NCBI GenBank assembly: GCA_004431415.1
Contig: QPMI01000519.1
Location: 248,001-312,000 of the forward strand
Origin: Cyanophora paradoxa CCMP329
Lineage: Eukaryota > Plantae > Glaucophyta
Reading direction: 5' to 3'
DNA: 64,000 nucleotides
Part shown: positions 1 to 11,290 of the stretch, in pieces
Layout of the letters: each line of letters starts with the position of its first letter
How positions within the stretch are numbered: the stretch's first letter is position 1
Program-made: the position numbers and the translations under genes
The notes under the pieces: generated by a model
Told to the model about the DNA's origin: nothing
What the model saw: only the letters and a program-made list of their open reading frames with translations
Database searches by the model: none

Positions 1-984
1 AATGCCCAGATGTGTGTTGATGCTGGCGTAGCGTGCAGTACCGGTGAGGTTCTTGTTCTCACGGTACGGGATGTGCTGGTGCGTCTTCGGGTCGCGGTAC
101 TTCTTCGCCAGACCGAAGTCGATGATGTAGACCTGGTTAGCCTTCCGCGACACGCCCATAAGGAAGTTGTCCGGCTGCGAGACAGAGAATGTCAGAAGGT
201 AGCGAGCGGAGAAAGCGGAGCAAGGCGCCTAAGCAGCTCTACGAGCCACTCGCTTCCCAACAGCGGGGCGGGCCAGGGCGATGAAGGCGGGGCAAACCTT
301 GATATCCCTGTGAATGAAGCTCTTAGAGTGCACATACTCGACGCGGCTGATCTGCGCCCCAGCGGTCAACGGGATGCAACCGCCGAACCCACCTGGACCC
401 CATGCACCATCTGATCCGCAAGCATGAGCACAGTCTTCAGAGAGAACTTCCGCGAGCAGAAGTTGAAGAGGTCCTCCAGGCTGGGCCCCAGAAGGTCCAT
501 GACCTGCGCAGGGGAAACCCTCATGTGAGGGCTCCGAGGATGCGACAGGAGGGTCCTCTGGCACCATCACATTGTAGTCGCCCTCAACCCCGAACCAGCG
601 GACATTGGGGATGCCGACTGTGAGCGCGGAACGCCACAGCAACACGATCAGCCTAAAAATAAGGCGGGAAGGCAAACGGCGCGCTGACCAGCGCCTCCGA
701 GGATCTTATACAACTTAGACTCATACAGCAGCTGCGGGTGCTTGGTCTTGACAGGTTCCTGCGGGTGGCAAACGAGCATCGGTGAGAGGGTGCTCCCCCA
801 CGGGTCAAAGAGCTCACAAGCTTGATGGCCACTTCCTCGCCAGTTTCAGTGTTGGTGCCAAGATAACTGCGGGACGGTGATCAGCTCAAGGGATGTGCGG
901 CGAGAGGGAGGCTCACATGTCTCCGAAAGAGCCAGAGCCGATCTTGCGGCCGAGGCGGTACTTAGAGCCGACACGCAGCTCCAT
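1..984 (-). CDS. CK1: Casein kinase 1 (CK1 family), spliced, 3' end runs off the window
   Basis: Spliced exons read [80 protein letters not shown]...FIHRDIK...[17 protein letters not shown]. These are hallmark CK1 motifs. ATG at 984, GT-AG intron at 867-916. Confidence 0.97.
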
Positions 985-1210
985 CGTGGCGCCCCTGTGG
1001 TCCCGCTGGCCGCAGAGGCAAAAGAGCTGTGCCCTTGTACCCTTGTACCCCGTCCAAGTTCACCCCCCCCAAGTGTTGGGATTGTCGCGCGCCAAGGCCC
1101 GCGGCCAGCACTCCCTGGCCGTTTTCGGGGCGCTCGCCTCGTTCCAGCGGCCCTGGCCCCCGCACCGCCCGACGTACGCGAGCCGCTTCGGCCTTCTGTA
1201 CCTGGCTACC

Positions 1211-3204
1211 ATGGGCGGAGACGAGGAGGACTACGTCGAGCTGACTCTTGTGGAATGCGATCTCCAGGATGACTACTTTGGTGCGCCCCCCCGCTGCAGA
1301 TCGGAGCGTTATCCGCCGTTCACACGGCGTTGATTCGTGGCATGCGCAGACGTCGGCCTCGTGCGCGACTCTGTTGCGGGCGTCGTTCATGTGGATAGTT
1401 CCTCCAACGAGCCGCGCGCCCCAACGCCGCCCACGCCTGCCGAAAGCGAGGAGCCGAAGGGGCCGGCACCACCGCCGGCGGCTGGCGCAGCGCCGGCGGC
1501 CGTCGAGGCACCTGCGACATTGCCAGAGCAGAATACACGTGGCATTGCTCGCAAGAAGGAGGAGCGGGACCTCTCAGCACCTGTCCGCCGCCTTGCCACC
1601 CGTCGCGCCTCCAACGCATGTCTGAAAGGTTACTTCCTGGCCGTTTCGACCTGCGGGGCGCTGCTCTGCATGTACGTGATATCATCCTGTCTATCGCATA
1701 TTTCATTCCTCTCACCAGGATCGCAGCACGAGCGGTGTGTTCCTCCACCACGTTCTCCCCTCGCAGCGGGCCGATTCGGAGCTGCTGAGCACTCGTTCGG
1801 CCCTGGAGAGCGAGCGGGCCAAGATTCAGATTCTTTCCGATGGTATGCGCGCTTGGGTTCCGTCTCAGCACGCCAGATCCGCGCGCACCGGCGCTAACCG
1901 CGCGTGCAGATTTGTTCGCGGCCAACCTGCGTATCGAGGACCTTGAAAAACGACTAAATCTCGCTCATTTCGGAATCAGCAACCGCGAGGCGACCATCAA
2001 AGAGGTGACGGAGGACTTCACCGCGAAACTGAGCGAGCGCGAAGCGATGATTAATGTCATCACGGACGACTTCGCTGCGAGGCTGAACGAGCGCGAGGCA
2101 GAGGTGCGCATGCGCGCATCGCCCCCGGTTTCTTTTCGCCATCGTGCGCGTAGCTGACCTTCCAGCAGCTGAAGGAGGCGCGCGAGCAGCTGGAGGCGAT
2201 GCGTGAGGAGGCCGCCGCGCGCCCCGCGAGCTGCTTCGCCGCCGCGGATGCGCACGGCGAGCCCGAGGAGGAGCGCTCGAGCGCGTACTCGTTCAACTTC
2301 GGCGCGCGCGCCAAGTCCGACCCCAAGGAGCACCGCGGGGACGAGGCGCCCAAGGCGCGGGGCAAGAAGGAGAAGCAGAAGGAGAAGGACAAGGAAAAGG
2401 CGCGAAAGGAGGAGAAGAAGCACGAAAAGAAAGGCAAGGACAAGGCGGGCAAGGGCGCGTCGTCCTCGTCGTCCTCGTCGTCCTCGCCCTCGTCCTCCTC
2501 CTCGTGGTTCTCGAAGGCGGAGTCCGGGGCGGGCCCGCGCCGCGAGCCCAAGGCGGAGAAGCGCGGGGAGGAGCACGGTCGCGACTCGCGCACCTCGGAA
2601 GAGGCGGGGGACCGCGCCGAGCGCCTCCGGGCGCGCTTCGGCAAGCTGGTGCGCCCCCGCCCGCTTCCGCGAAGCTCGAGCGCCCCGCCCCGCCCTGTCC
2701 CGCGCTGACGGATCCGCCCGTGCGCACGCGGCAGTTCGAGAAGGCGAACGAGTGGGCGGCGAACGCGTCGCGGAGCCCCGCGGCGGAGCGCCTGCGCCGC
2801 GCCGTGGCAGACGCCGACGCGTGGGCCTCGCGCGCCTTCGAGGCGACCGGTCCGGGCCCGCCCAGACCCTGCTTGATTACATAGGCCCCCGACGCGGCCC
2901 GCCTGACGGGCCCCACGCACAGGCCAGAAGCTCGCTGAGGTGGCGAACGACATCCGCGAGAGGGCGGACGGGCTCGGCGCCCACTTCGCCCGCAGCTGCG
3001 AGGCCGACAGCGCCAGCGGTGAGCGGCCGCGACCCCGGCCGACCCTGCCCCCGGATCCATTGAGCGATTGCGCCCTGGAGCCTTCTGATCCGCCCCGCAG
3101 GCAAGCTCGGAAAGGCGGCCTGCGATTTCTTCGACTGGATGCGGGAGGGCCCGGGGGCGCACCCCCGGATGGGCCGCGCCGCCGGCGCCGCCGGCGCCGC
3201 CTAA
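1211..3204 (+). CDS. Hypothetical multi-exon protein with a short hydrophobic segment, coiled coil and Lys/Glu/Ser-rich region
   Basis: ATG at 1211 (MGGDEEDYVELTLVECDLQDDYF). Exons include GYFLAVSTCGALLC, coiled-coil-like REATIKEVTEDFTAKLSEREAMINVITDDFAARLNEREAE and KKEKQKEKDKEK. Last exon KLGKAACDFFDWMREG...AA* with TAA at 3202-3204. No family recognised. Confidence 0.6.
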
Positions 3205-4274
3205 GCGGGCCTCGCCTCGCCTACCCTGCCTCGGTCTTTCCCGCACCGGTACCCCCGTGACGTTCTTTCCTGTACATGTATATACGTACCTTACGCTTCG
3301 GTTTCGAGTTTTCGCTTTCACTTCTCGTCCTCGCTTTCCTGTAATTGTCCGCCGCGCGCCCTCCGGGTGCCTCATGTACCCGGGCCCGCCTGTAAATCTG
3401 TTCCTCGGAGGCCGCGGCCTGATTCTTGAGCCACTAGTACTGGGACATGGGTAGATATAGCTATAAGTAGTGCAGTTTCTGTTAAGCCTTAGGTAGGGCG
3501 ATATCGATGCGCAGCGCAGGACCTCGGGAAATGTCTGCCCGTTGTCATGCATGCCCCTGTAAAGCTATAGTGCGCTGTGCGAAATCGATTGTACAACGGT
3601 AGGCAACTGCAATTCAAATCAAAAACTGCCGCAGTGCAAGCCTTGAAGGAGCTTCGAGGCTCAGCGGCGCCGGCTTGAGGATCCGGAGCAGGGTGCACGT
3701 GGCCATATGCATATGCATGGCCATGGTGCCGGCATGCGCAGGCCCGCCGCGACGGCACTGCGGCACTGCGGCAGACTCAAGACTCCGAGATCCTATGATC
3801 ATGATCTACTGCCAGGCTGATAGCGCTAGCGTAGCTTCCATGGCCAAGGCGCCGGCTCAGCTAAAACAAAGAGCCGCTGCATGCCATGATGAGCCGCGGC
3901 GCTGGCCCGGGGAGGCCAGGCCCTGAGGGGGGGGGGGGGTGGGGGGTGGGGGGTGGGGAGGTGACTGCATCGTGGCGCATTCGAAGCGCCTCGAAGACAA
4001 TGGCAGCAGCAGCACTGCGGCAGCAGTGTTGTGCATACGCTCTGATCATGACGCTCCGCATTCGATTCCACTACACGCACGCACTCGCGAGCACCTAACT
4101 GTGTACATCGACGACCGTAATTGAAACGCTGCATGGAGAATGATACAAGGCGCGCGGGGCGCCAAATACCTAAGCTGCCCTTCCCGCTACCCCGCCCCGA
4201 GCTAGCCCCAGAGTCACATAGCAAAACCGCGCGATGAAAGGGATATGGAAAGGGCCCCTCCCGCCCCGGCTAGG

Positions 4275-6819
4275 CTAGTTGGGGCTGGTCGGCTCGGAGG
4301 GGGGCACGGAGGGGGCGGTCTGGGGCGCGGAGGGGGCGGTGGGAGGGGGGGAGGCGGGGGAGAGGGGCGCCTCGTCCTCCGAGCCGCCGCCGGAGGAGGG
4401 GTCGGGGTCCGAGTCGGCGGGCCCGCAGGCGAGGGCGGCGAGGGGCCCGTCCGCCGGCGCCCGCTTGAAGCTGTTGCGGAGGCGGGCGAAGAGGGAGGTG
4501 ACGGGGTCGGCCTTGGCGGGGGAGGCCGGCTCGCTGGCGGGGCCCGGGGCGGGGGAGCGGCGGCTGCGGCGGCCCCCGACGAAGTCCCGCGAGGAGACGA
4601 CGTCGGCGTCGAGCTTCGAGATGAGCTCCCGGAGGGCCGACTTCACGGGGCTGGGGCGGCCCTTCGCCGCCTCGGGGGTCGGGCCCCGCGACCCGCCCGC
4701 CCCGCCCTCCTCGCCCGAGGCCGCGGTGCCGGCGCCGGCGCCGGCGGCGTTGGCCATGCCCTCGGAGACGGACATGGCGCGGGGCCGGGCCCTGATCGGC
4801 CCGACCAGGACGGGGACCTTGTTCCGCAGGGTGACGCGGAGCTCGCAGGGCACGCGCTGCAGCCACGGCTCCCCGTCCGTCTGCATCGGCAGCGCCTGCT
4901 CCCCCGACACCTTGATCCGGATCTCCTTGCCCTGGCCCAGCCGCAGCGGCGCCCGGATCCGCGCGTGCGAGAGCGCCTGCGCGGCGAAGGAAGCGAAGCG
5001 GTCAGTCCCCGGAGGCGGGGCCACGGGAAGAGGAAGAAGAAGAAGAAGAAAGGGAAGGGGCGGACGAGGTGGAGGGGGCCCTCGAGCGCGACGACCTCGA
5101 GGAGGCCATCGCCAAAGTCCTGCGGCTGCGAGCACGCCGAGTCGGACGCAAGGGCGCGCGGCGTGGCGGGGGGCGGGGCGGGGCGCCCCGCGCACCTTCT
5201 CGCGGTCGCGCCAGAGGGTGAGGCCGTCGGCGTAGGAGTCGATGTTGGAGAGGATGAGCATGCCCATCGGCTGCGGCAGCCGCACGGGCTTCCCGTCGAT
5301 GCTCACCGCCAGCACCTTGCTGAAGTCGAACTTCTCGAAGACGCCCTTCACCCCCTCCATAACGTACCTGAGAAGGAAAGGTTGTTGAAGAAGAGAGAGG
5401 GCCGGGGGCGGGGCGGGAGGGGCGGGGCGGACCAGGCCTTGGTGATGGAGCGGTGGGGGAAAAGGCGCGGCGCCTCTTCCCGCAGCGTGTTTATGTCCAG
5501 CGTCAGCTTCGCGTCGTGCCCTGCGGGGAACCGCCGCCTCGGGAAAAGGAAGGGAGGGAGGGAGGAAAGGAGGGGCGGGGCCCACCGATGCTGAAGCAGT
5601 TGGTGAAGACCTCGCGCGCGCTGGGGAGGGGGTGCGACTCCGCCCCCGGCGGCCCCGGGGCGTTCCCCTCCTCGAAGATATCCACCTGCCACCTGCGCGT
5701 CGCGTCGGCGTCGGCGGCCGCGGCGGGGCCGCCGGGGAGGGCGGGGCCAGCACCTGTCCAGCGTGCCGATCTCTGCGACCTCGATCTTGGGGAGCAGGCT
5801 GAGAAGGTCGCCCGGCGTGGCCGCGTGGCCCCAGCCCAGAGACCGCGCGAGGTCGTTGCCCGTGCCGAAGGGCAGCGGCATGATCTGCACGGCACGCGTC
5901 GGCCGGCGGGCCCGTGGGGCGGCGCGGCCGCGCGCACGTGGTGAGCCACGCCGAGCTCGTCCATGGTGGAGAGCGCCCAGTTCATGCTCCCGTCCCCGCC
6001 CACGACCATCAGGCGCGTCTTCTCGCTGACCGGCAACCTTTTCAACCTGCGCAACCGTTGTTTAGCTAAGGTGCTAGGGGATTCCCCTCGGCGGATAGCG
6101 CTCGCGCCGCACCTTTGGGCCTTCACGGACACCTCCGCAAGCTTGCCGTCGACGCAGGAGCGCGAACGGCCGACCTCCTCCTTCGGGGCTTTGGACGCAT
6201 AGGGTGTTCCCGACGCGCTGCGGGAGCCTTGTTTCGCCGAACGAACGCGCGGCTGATTCTGCTCTCCCGTAGGCGATTCCCTCGTCTCGGAGGGGACCAC
6301 GGCCTGACTGGGGAAGTGGCTCCCCTGAGTCCCCTCGTCTGGAGGCGTTGGAAGGTGCACGACGCCCGGAGTGCCGTCAGGGAGGCTCTCGTAGATCAGG
6401 TCAAAGCCAGAGGACCCCATGAGGTAGATCTGGTGCGCAGTATTATGACGAGCCGTCCCACTCCGGCAAAGCTCGAAGTGGTGCCAACCTGTTTCACGGC
6501 CTTGTAGCGCTTCATGATCTCCACGGCTTCATTCTCATTCCGAGACCCACTCTTTAGATTGACGAGGGCGATAAGCCGCACTTCGCCCGCGTCCCCGGCG
6601 TCTGTGACCCTGTTGGCTCTGGCTCCGCAGCGCGTGGGGGGGCAGATGCGCACCGGCGATCGACATATCTGCAGCCACGGACTTCCTGAGCAGCTCTAGG
6701 CTCGGAACGCGGCGGGCGGGTGGGCTGCAGGTCGCGGGCGCTCCGGCCGTGCTTCGGGCGCCGACGCTGCCGAAGCCGAAATCTTTATCAAGTGCTGGCC
6801 GAAGCTCGCCCTCCAACAT
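4275..6819 (-). CDS. DGK: Diacylglycerol kinase (DAGKc + DAGKa), spliced; start approximate
   Basis: Motifs LIALVNLKSGS, RLMVVGGDGSMNWAL (ATP-binding GGDG), IMPLPFGTGNDLARSLGWG, FTNCFSIG, ILSNIDSYADG and LPMQTDGEPW. Stop at 4275. Confidence 0.93.
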
Positions 6820-7147
6820 AACGAGCCGAGGCCCGAAGGGAGCAACCGGCGAGCTGTTTCGGCGAGGGGGTACAAGGCGAACACCGCTTGAGCCGGCTCT
6901 CTTGCTCTGTTTGGAAGTCTTGCTAAGTCTGGGTGTACCTATCTGCCTGAGATCTGCTGAAACTGAGCAAGCAGTCCCGGCCGAGGCCGGCGCGGCATCA
7001 GACGAAGCAGTTCTCCGGGCTTGGCGACGAGCGCTTTTCCGGCCTCTCTGGCACCGGCCCCGCGCCGCCTCCTGTGGCCCCCGTAGCCGGAGCCCGGCCG
7101 CCGCTCAGCTGCCGGAGGCCAGGCGCGGCCGTGGACTCGTCCCAGCG

Positions 7148-9018
7148 ATGTCGAAAACTTCAGCACGGCTCGCGCAGCTCACCGTTGTCGCGCTGCTGCT
7201 GGCCGCCCTGCTTCCCGCCGCCCACGGCCAAGGCGATCAGATCTCCACGAGTGAGCAAACCTCCGACGTCCGCATCAGCCGCGGTGGATTCAAGTACGTC
7301 CGGCCGATCTGCCGCCCTGTCGGTGCGTCGCTTCCGAGTGGGCCCCGCCGGGCCGATCCTCTGCGGCGCGCGCCGACGCGGTTTCCGACACGGCCGGCGC
7401 CCGCCGCCCCTGCGCAGACTCGGACACGCAGGCGACGTTTTACTGCAAACTCTTCTGGCAGGTGATCTTCGCCCAGTCGAACAGCGCCGGCGCAAGCGCC
7501 CTGCGCCTCTCTGCATTCGGCACCGCCTCCGTCGAGCTCGTGGGCGGCGTCCTCGCCCCGAAGGCCGGCGCCGTGCCCGTTGACTCCTGGACCTCCTCCT
7601 TCAACCCCGAGTGGAACTCCGGCGTGCGCTCTACCCCCCCTTCCCTTCCTCCCCCGCCCCCCTGTCCTCCCTCCCTTTCGACCCACCTTTCCCTCCCCCT
7701 TTCGTTGTACCCCCTTTCCCTTCCCCCCCTTTTTCAGACGATGGGACCGATGGCCCGCGCAGAAAGGGGTGCCGGCGGAGCGCACCATCCGGGCCGCTGT
7801 CCCCGCGGGGACCTTCCCGAAGCTGGACACCCCGTTCCACCTCTTCGCGAAGGTGGACGCCGGCACGTCCGACGCCGAGCTGCCCGTGAGCATCTGGATC
7901 GGAACCGTTGCCAAGGTCCGTTTTGAGCATCGCCCGGACTTGGGTTTCAGGCGGCCGCCGAGCTCTCTGCGCAGCACGCGTTCATGGGGCCGAGCGCCGG
8001 GGGCCTCCTCAAGCGCACCCTCTCGGCGGCGAGCAAGGCGCCGCAGTACCTGGACACGGTCTGCGGGCCCTCCGTGAGCTACGCCGGCGCCGTCGAGGCC
8101 TGCAACCGCGTCGAAGTGTGCGCCGGCCCAGTCCGAGGCGGAGCGGCGGGTGTCGGGGAGCGCTTGCGCCCGGATCTTACGCGGGCGCAGGAGCGTCAAG
8201 TTGGCGGGCGGGGCGCCGGCCCTGGGCGCCGGCGTGCAGCTGAAGGTGACGCTGTACCCCGACTCGGAGGTGGAGAGGAAGAACGGGACGGTCTCGCCCA
8301 AGCCGGGGGCGGAGGGCGGCTCGAAGACGGCGGCCGTGGGGGCGGACGGGAGCTGGCGGCAGTTCGCGGGGCAGTCCCTCCCCGGGGAGACGCCTGTCGG
8401 GGAGGACGCGACGGCCCCGGCGCCCCTCCACGCCTTCCTCGAGTACGTGGGCGACCTCCCCGCCGACGTACCCGTCGAGGTCCGCGTCGCGAGCATCGCC
8501 ACGTACCCCACCGCCGGCCGCTTCGAGTCCACCGAGGTCCGCTCTCTCCCCGGACGCCTCGAAGGGCCCTGGGGGAGGGGCCTGAGGGGCGCCGCAGCTG
8601 GCCTTCGCGAGGCGCACGAACCCCACCGGGCGATCGTTCCCCCAGAACATCTCGGCAGGGGGGTACGGCGGCGTCCCGCCCTGGCTGGTCATCGTCCTTC
8701 TCTTCGTGGTGAGGGGGGTACCGTTGAGACTGAACCCGTACCCCTTTCGGCTCACGCTTGCGCCCGCAGCTGGTGTCGGCTCTGACGGCGATCGCCGTCG
8801 CTATCATTTACTGCTGCAAGGCCCGCAGGCGGCGCGAGCGCCTCGAGAAGGGCGGCGCGGCGGAGTCGTTCGGGGGGTACGGCGACGAGGAGGGGTACGG
8901 GCGCGGCGGCGGGTACGGCGGGGGCGAGGCCGTTGGGGGCCACAGGGCGGAGCTGAGGAGCCAGCACGCGCCGCGCGCGGCGGCCCCCGGCGCCCCAGAA
9001 TACGTCTACACGGCATGA
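7148..9018 (+). CDS. Uncharacterised type-I membrane protein A (signal peptide, ectodomain, one TM, Tyr/Gly-rich tail)
   Basis: Signal peptide MSKTSARLAQLTVVALLLAALLPAAHG. TM segment GGVPPWLVIVLLFV/LVSALTAIAVAIIYCC followed by KARRRR. C-terminus PEYVYTA*. Collinear similarity to the neighbouring minus-strand gene. Confidence 0.8.
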
Positions 9019-9160
9019 CCACCTCCAGCTATGTGCTTGCAGGACACTTTAAAAAAGAAAGGAAGCTTATATGCGAATTCGAAACAGGATCGAGCTCCAG
9101 ATGCAGATCTAATATGTAGCAGATACGTATATGGGAGAAAGAGAGGGGCCGCCGGGGGGC

Positions 9161-11002
9161 CTAGGCGACGTAGCTGCTCGAGTAGCCGCCCGGGTAGGAG
9201 CGGAGGCTCTGCTGCATCCGCTGCTGCCGCTTGCGGACGACGAGGCGGAACACGAAGATCGCCGCCAGCACGCAGACCACCGCTGCGCCCGAAACGCGTC
9301 GGGAGGGGGTGGGGGGTGTGGGGGGGGGGGGGGGGGAGGGGGGAAGCGAGCGGCGGGTGCGCTGCGCCACGAACCGACGAGGAGGACGACGACGAGGACG
9401 ATGGCCCAGACCGGCATGCCCCACGCCTGGATCGAGCTCACTCAGAGGGGGCGACGGATAGAAGGGGGGTACGGCGATGGCTCGCCTTGGCGTCGACGAG
9501 GCCCTTGAGGGTGAAGCGGCGGAGGGGGTCGCTGGTCCTCGCGAGGGCGGCGCACGCGACGTCGAAGGGGGAGGAGGCGGGGGAGGAGCCGGTGGCGGAG
9601 ACGGCGGCGGCGAAGGCGAGCGTCGTGTTGGGCGGCGCGTCGACGGCGAGCACGAGGTAGGGCGCCGTCAGGTTGGTCAGCGAGGTCACGGGGCCGGCCT
9701 GGCCGCCGGCCTGCCCGGGGCGCCCCTGCCCGAAGAGGAAGGAGGCGGGGGCGCCGGGCCCCGCGGGGGCGGCGAGGGCGCTCGAGGCCTCCGCGCCCTC
9801 CTTGGGCTTCCCGTAGGGCCCCATCTGCGACGCCCCGTACAGCAGCGCGCGGACGGTGTACGTCGCGTTCGCCCCCGGCAGCTCCACCGTCCTGCGGGGG
9901 CGGGGGGCGCGGCGTGGGTTCGAGGGGGCCGCGCGCGCGGGAGGACGACCGCGACGCACGCCCGGACGCTGTTGCAGACCTCCGGCCGATCCTGCTCCGC
10001 CAGCAGACCGTAGCACGCGCGCAACTGCCGGGGGGCGGGGGGTACCGCATCAGCGGCCAGAAGGCAGAGGGGAAGTATTCACGTGCCAGGAAGGCTTGCG
10101 AGGGGGTAGTGAGGGACGAGGTGATGGTCTTCGAGGCTGTGCCCGCAAGCTGCCGGGAAGGGAGGGGTAAGCATGCATGCGTCAGCGAGGGGGTGCAAGA
10201 TCAGCGGAGAGCTAAAAGCGTACCCGGAGGACGTAGGCGAGCCAGAAGCTGACGGAGATCGCCGCGTCCGAGCTCGAGGCGGACGAGTCCACCTGCGGGG
10301 GGTACAAATGAGATAAACAGGGGGAGATCGAGCGGGGGAGGGGTACCTTAGAGAAGAGATGGTAGGGGGCGTCGATGGTACCCAGGGTGGACTTTGGAAC
10401 CAGGAGCTGATAGGTCTTGTCCGCCGGGATCCCTTTCTGCTCGGGCGGCGGCCGCTCAGGGCCGGCGGGGCGGGGTAGGTGGGGCGGGCGGGGTCCTACC
10501 CCGCTGTTCCAGTTGGCGTCCCAGGCGGCGCTCCACGCGTCCTCGTAGGAAGCGCCGGGCTTCACGCCGAGGACGGCGCCCGTCCCGTTCGCGCGCTGCA
10601 CGGCCGACTCCGTGTAGACCTCGAGCCGCAGGGCTTGGACGCCGGAACGTCCAGGCTCGTCCCACAGAATCGTCCAGAACGCCTTGCAGACCGTCGCCTG
10701 CAGCGTTGTCACTGCTCCGGATGGCGATGAGAACGCTGCGCGGTCCGGACGCGGGACGGGGTTAGCTGGGGACGAACTGGCGGCAGCGGCGAGTGGCGGA
10801 AGCGGCGAATTGACGCACGCGTGCTCGGCGGCGCGCAGATCGGCCCAATGTAAACGAGATCTCGATTTAACGAGACCGTAACGCCGTTCGAGTCCGGCGT
10901 CGGAGCGTGGACGAAGCCCTCGTACTCGTAAGCCGCCGAAGCCAGCGCGATACCGAGCACGAAGAGATAGGTGAAGCTGGCGGCTCTGCATGTGCACGCC
11001 AT
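9161..11002 (-). CDS. Uncharacterised type-I membrane protein B, paralog of protein A
   Basis: Signal peptide MACTCRAASFTYLFVLGIALASA. Ectodomain blocks YIGPIC, CKAFWTILW, DAWSAAWDANWNSG, KGIPADKT and PYHLFSKVD. TM segment WGMPVWAIVLVVVLL/VSGAAVVCVLAAIFVFRLVV followed by RKRQQR. Ends SYPGGYSSSYVA*. Confidence 0.8.
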
Positions 11003-11290
11003 CGCGGCGGCCGGTAGCGCGGTCGGAGGACGCTCGGCGCTGCCTCCGAGGAAGTACCTAGTGCCTGGCGGCTGCTACAAGTCGTTGGGCGGATAGCTAG
11101 CTTGCGGAGCCGATTCGTGGTTGAACGGAGCGTGCGTCGACGTCCGGGATCCGTTTCGACCAGGAGAGAGCCAACCCTTGCGACGCGTACCCCCGAGAGC
11201 ACCTTCCCCCGGTCCTTCCGGTCCTTCCCGCTTCAGTCAGCCGCGCGTACGACAGCTCAGAGTGGAGTTTGACCTCTCGGCAAAGCAAAA

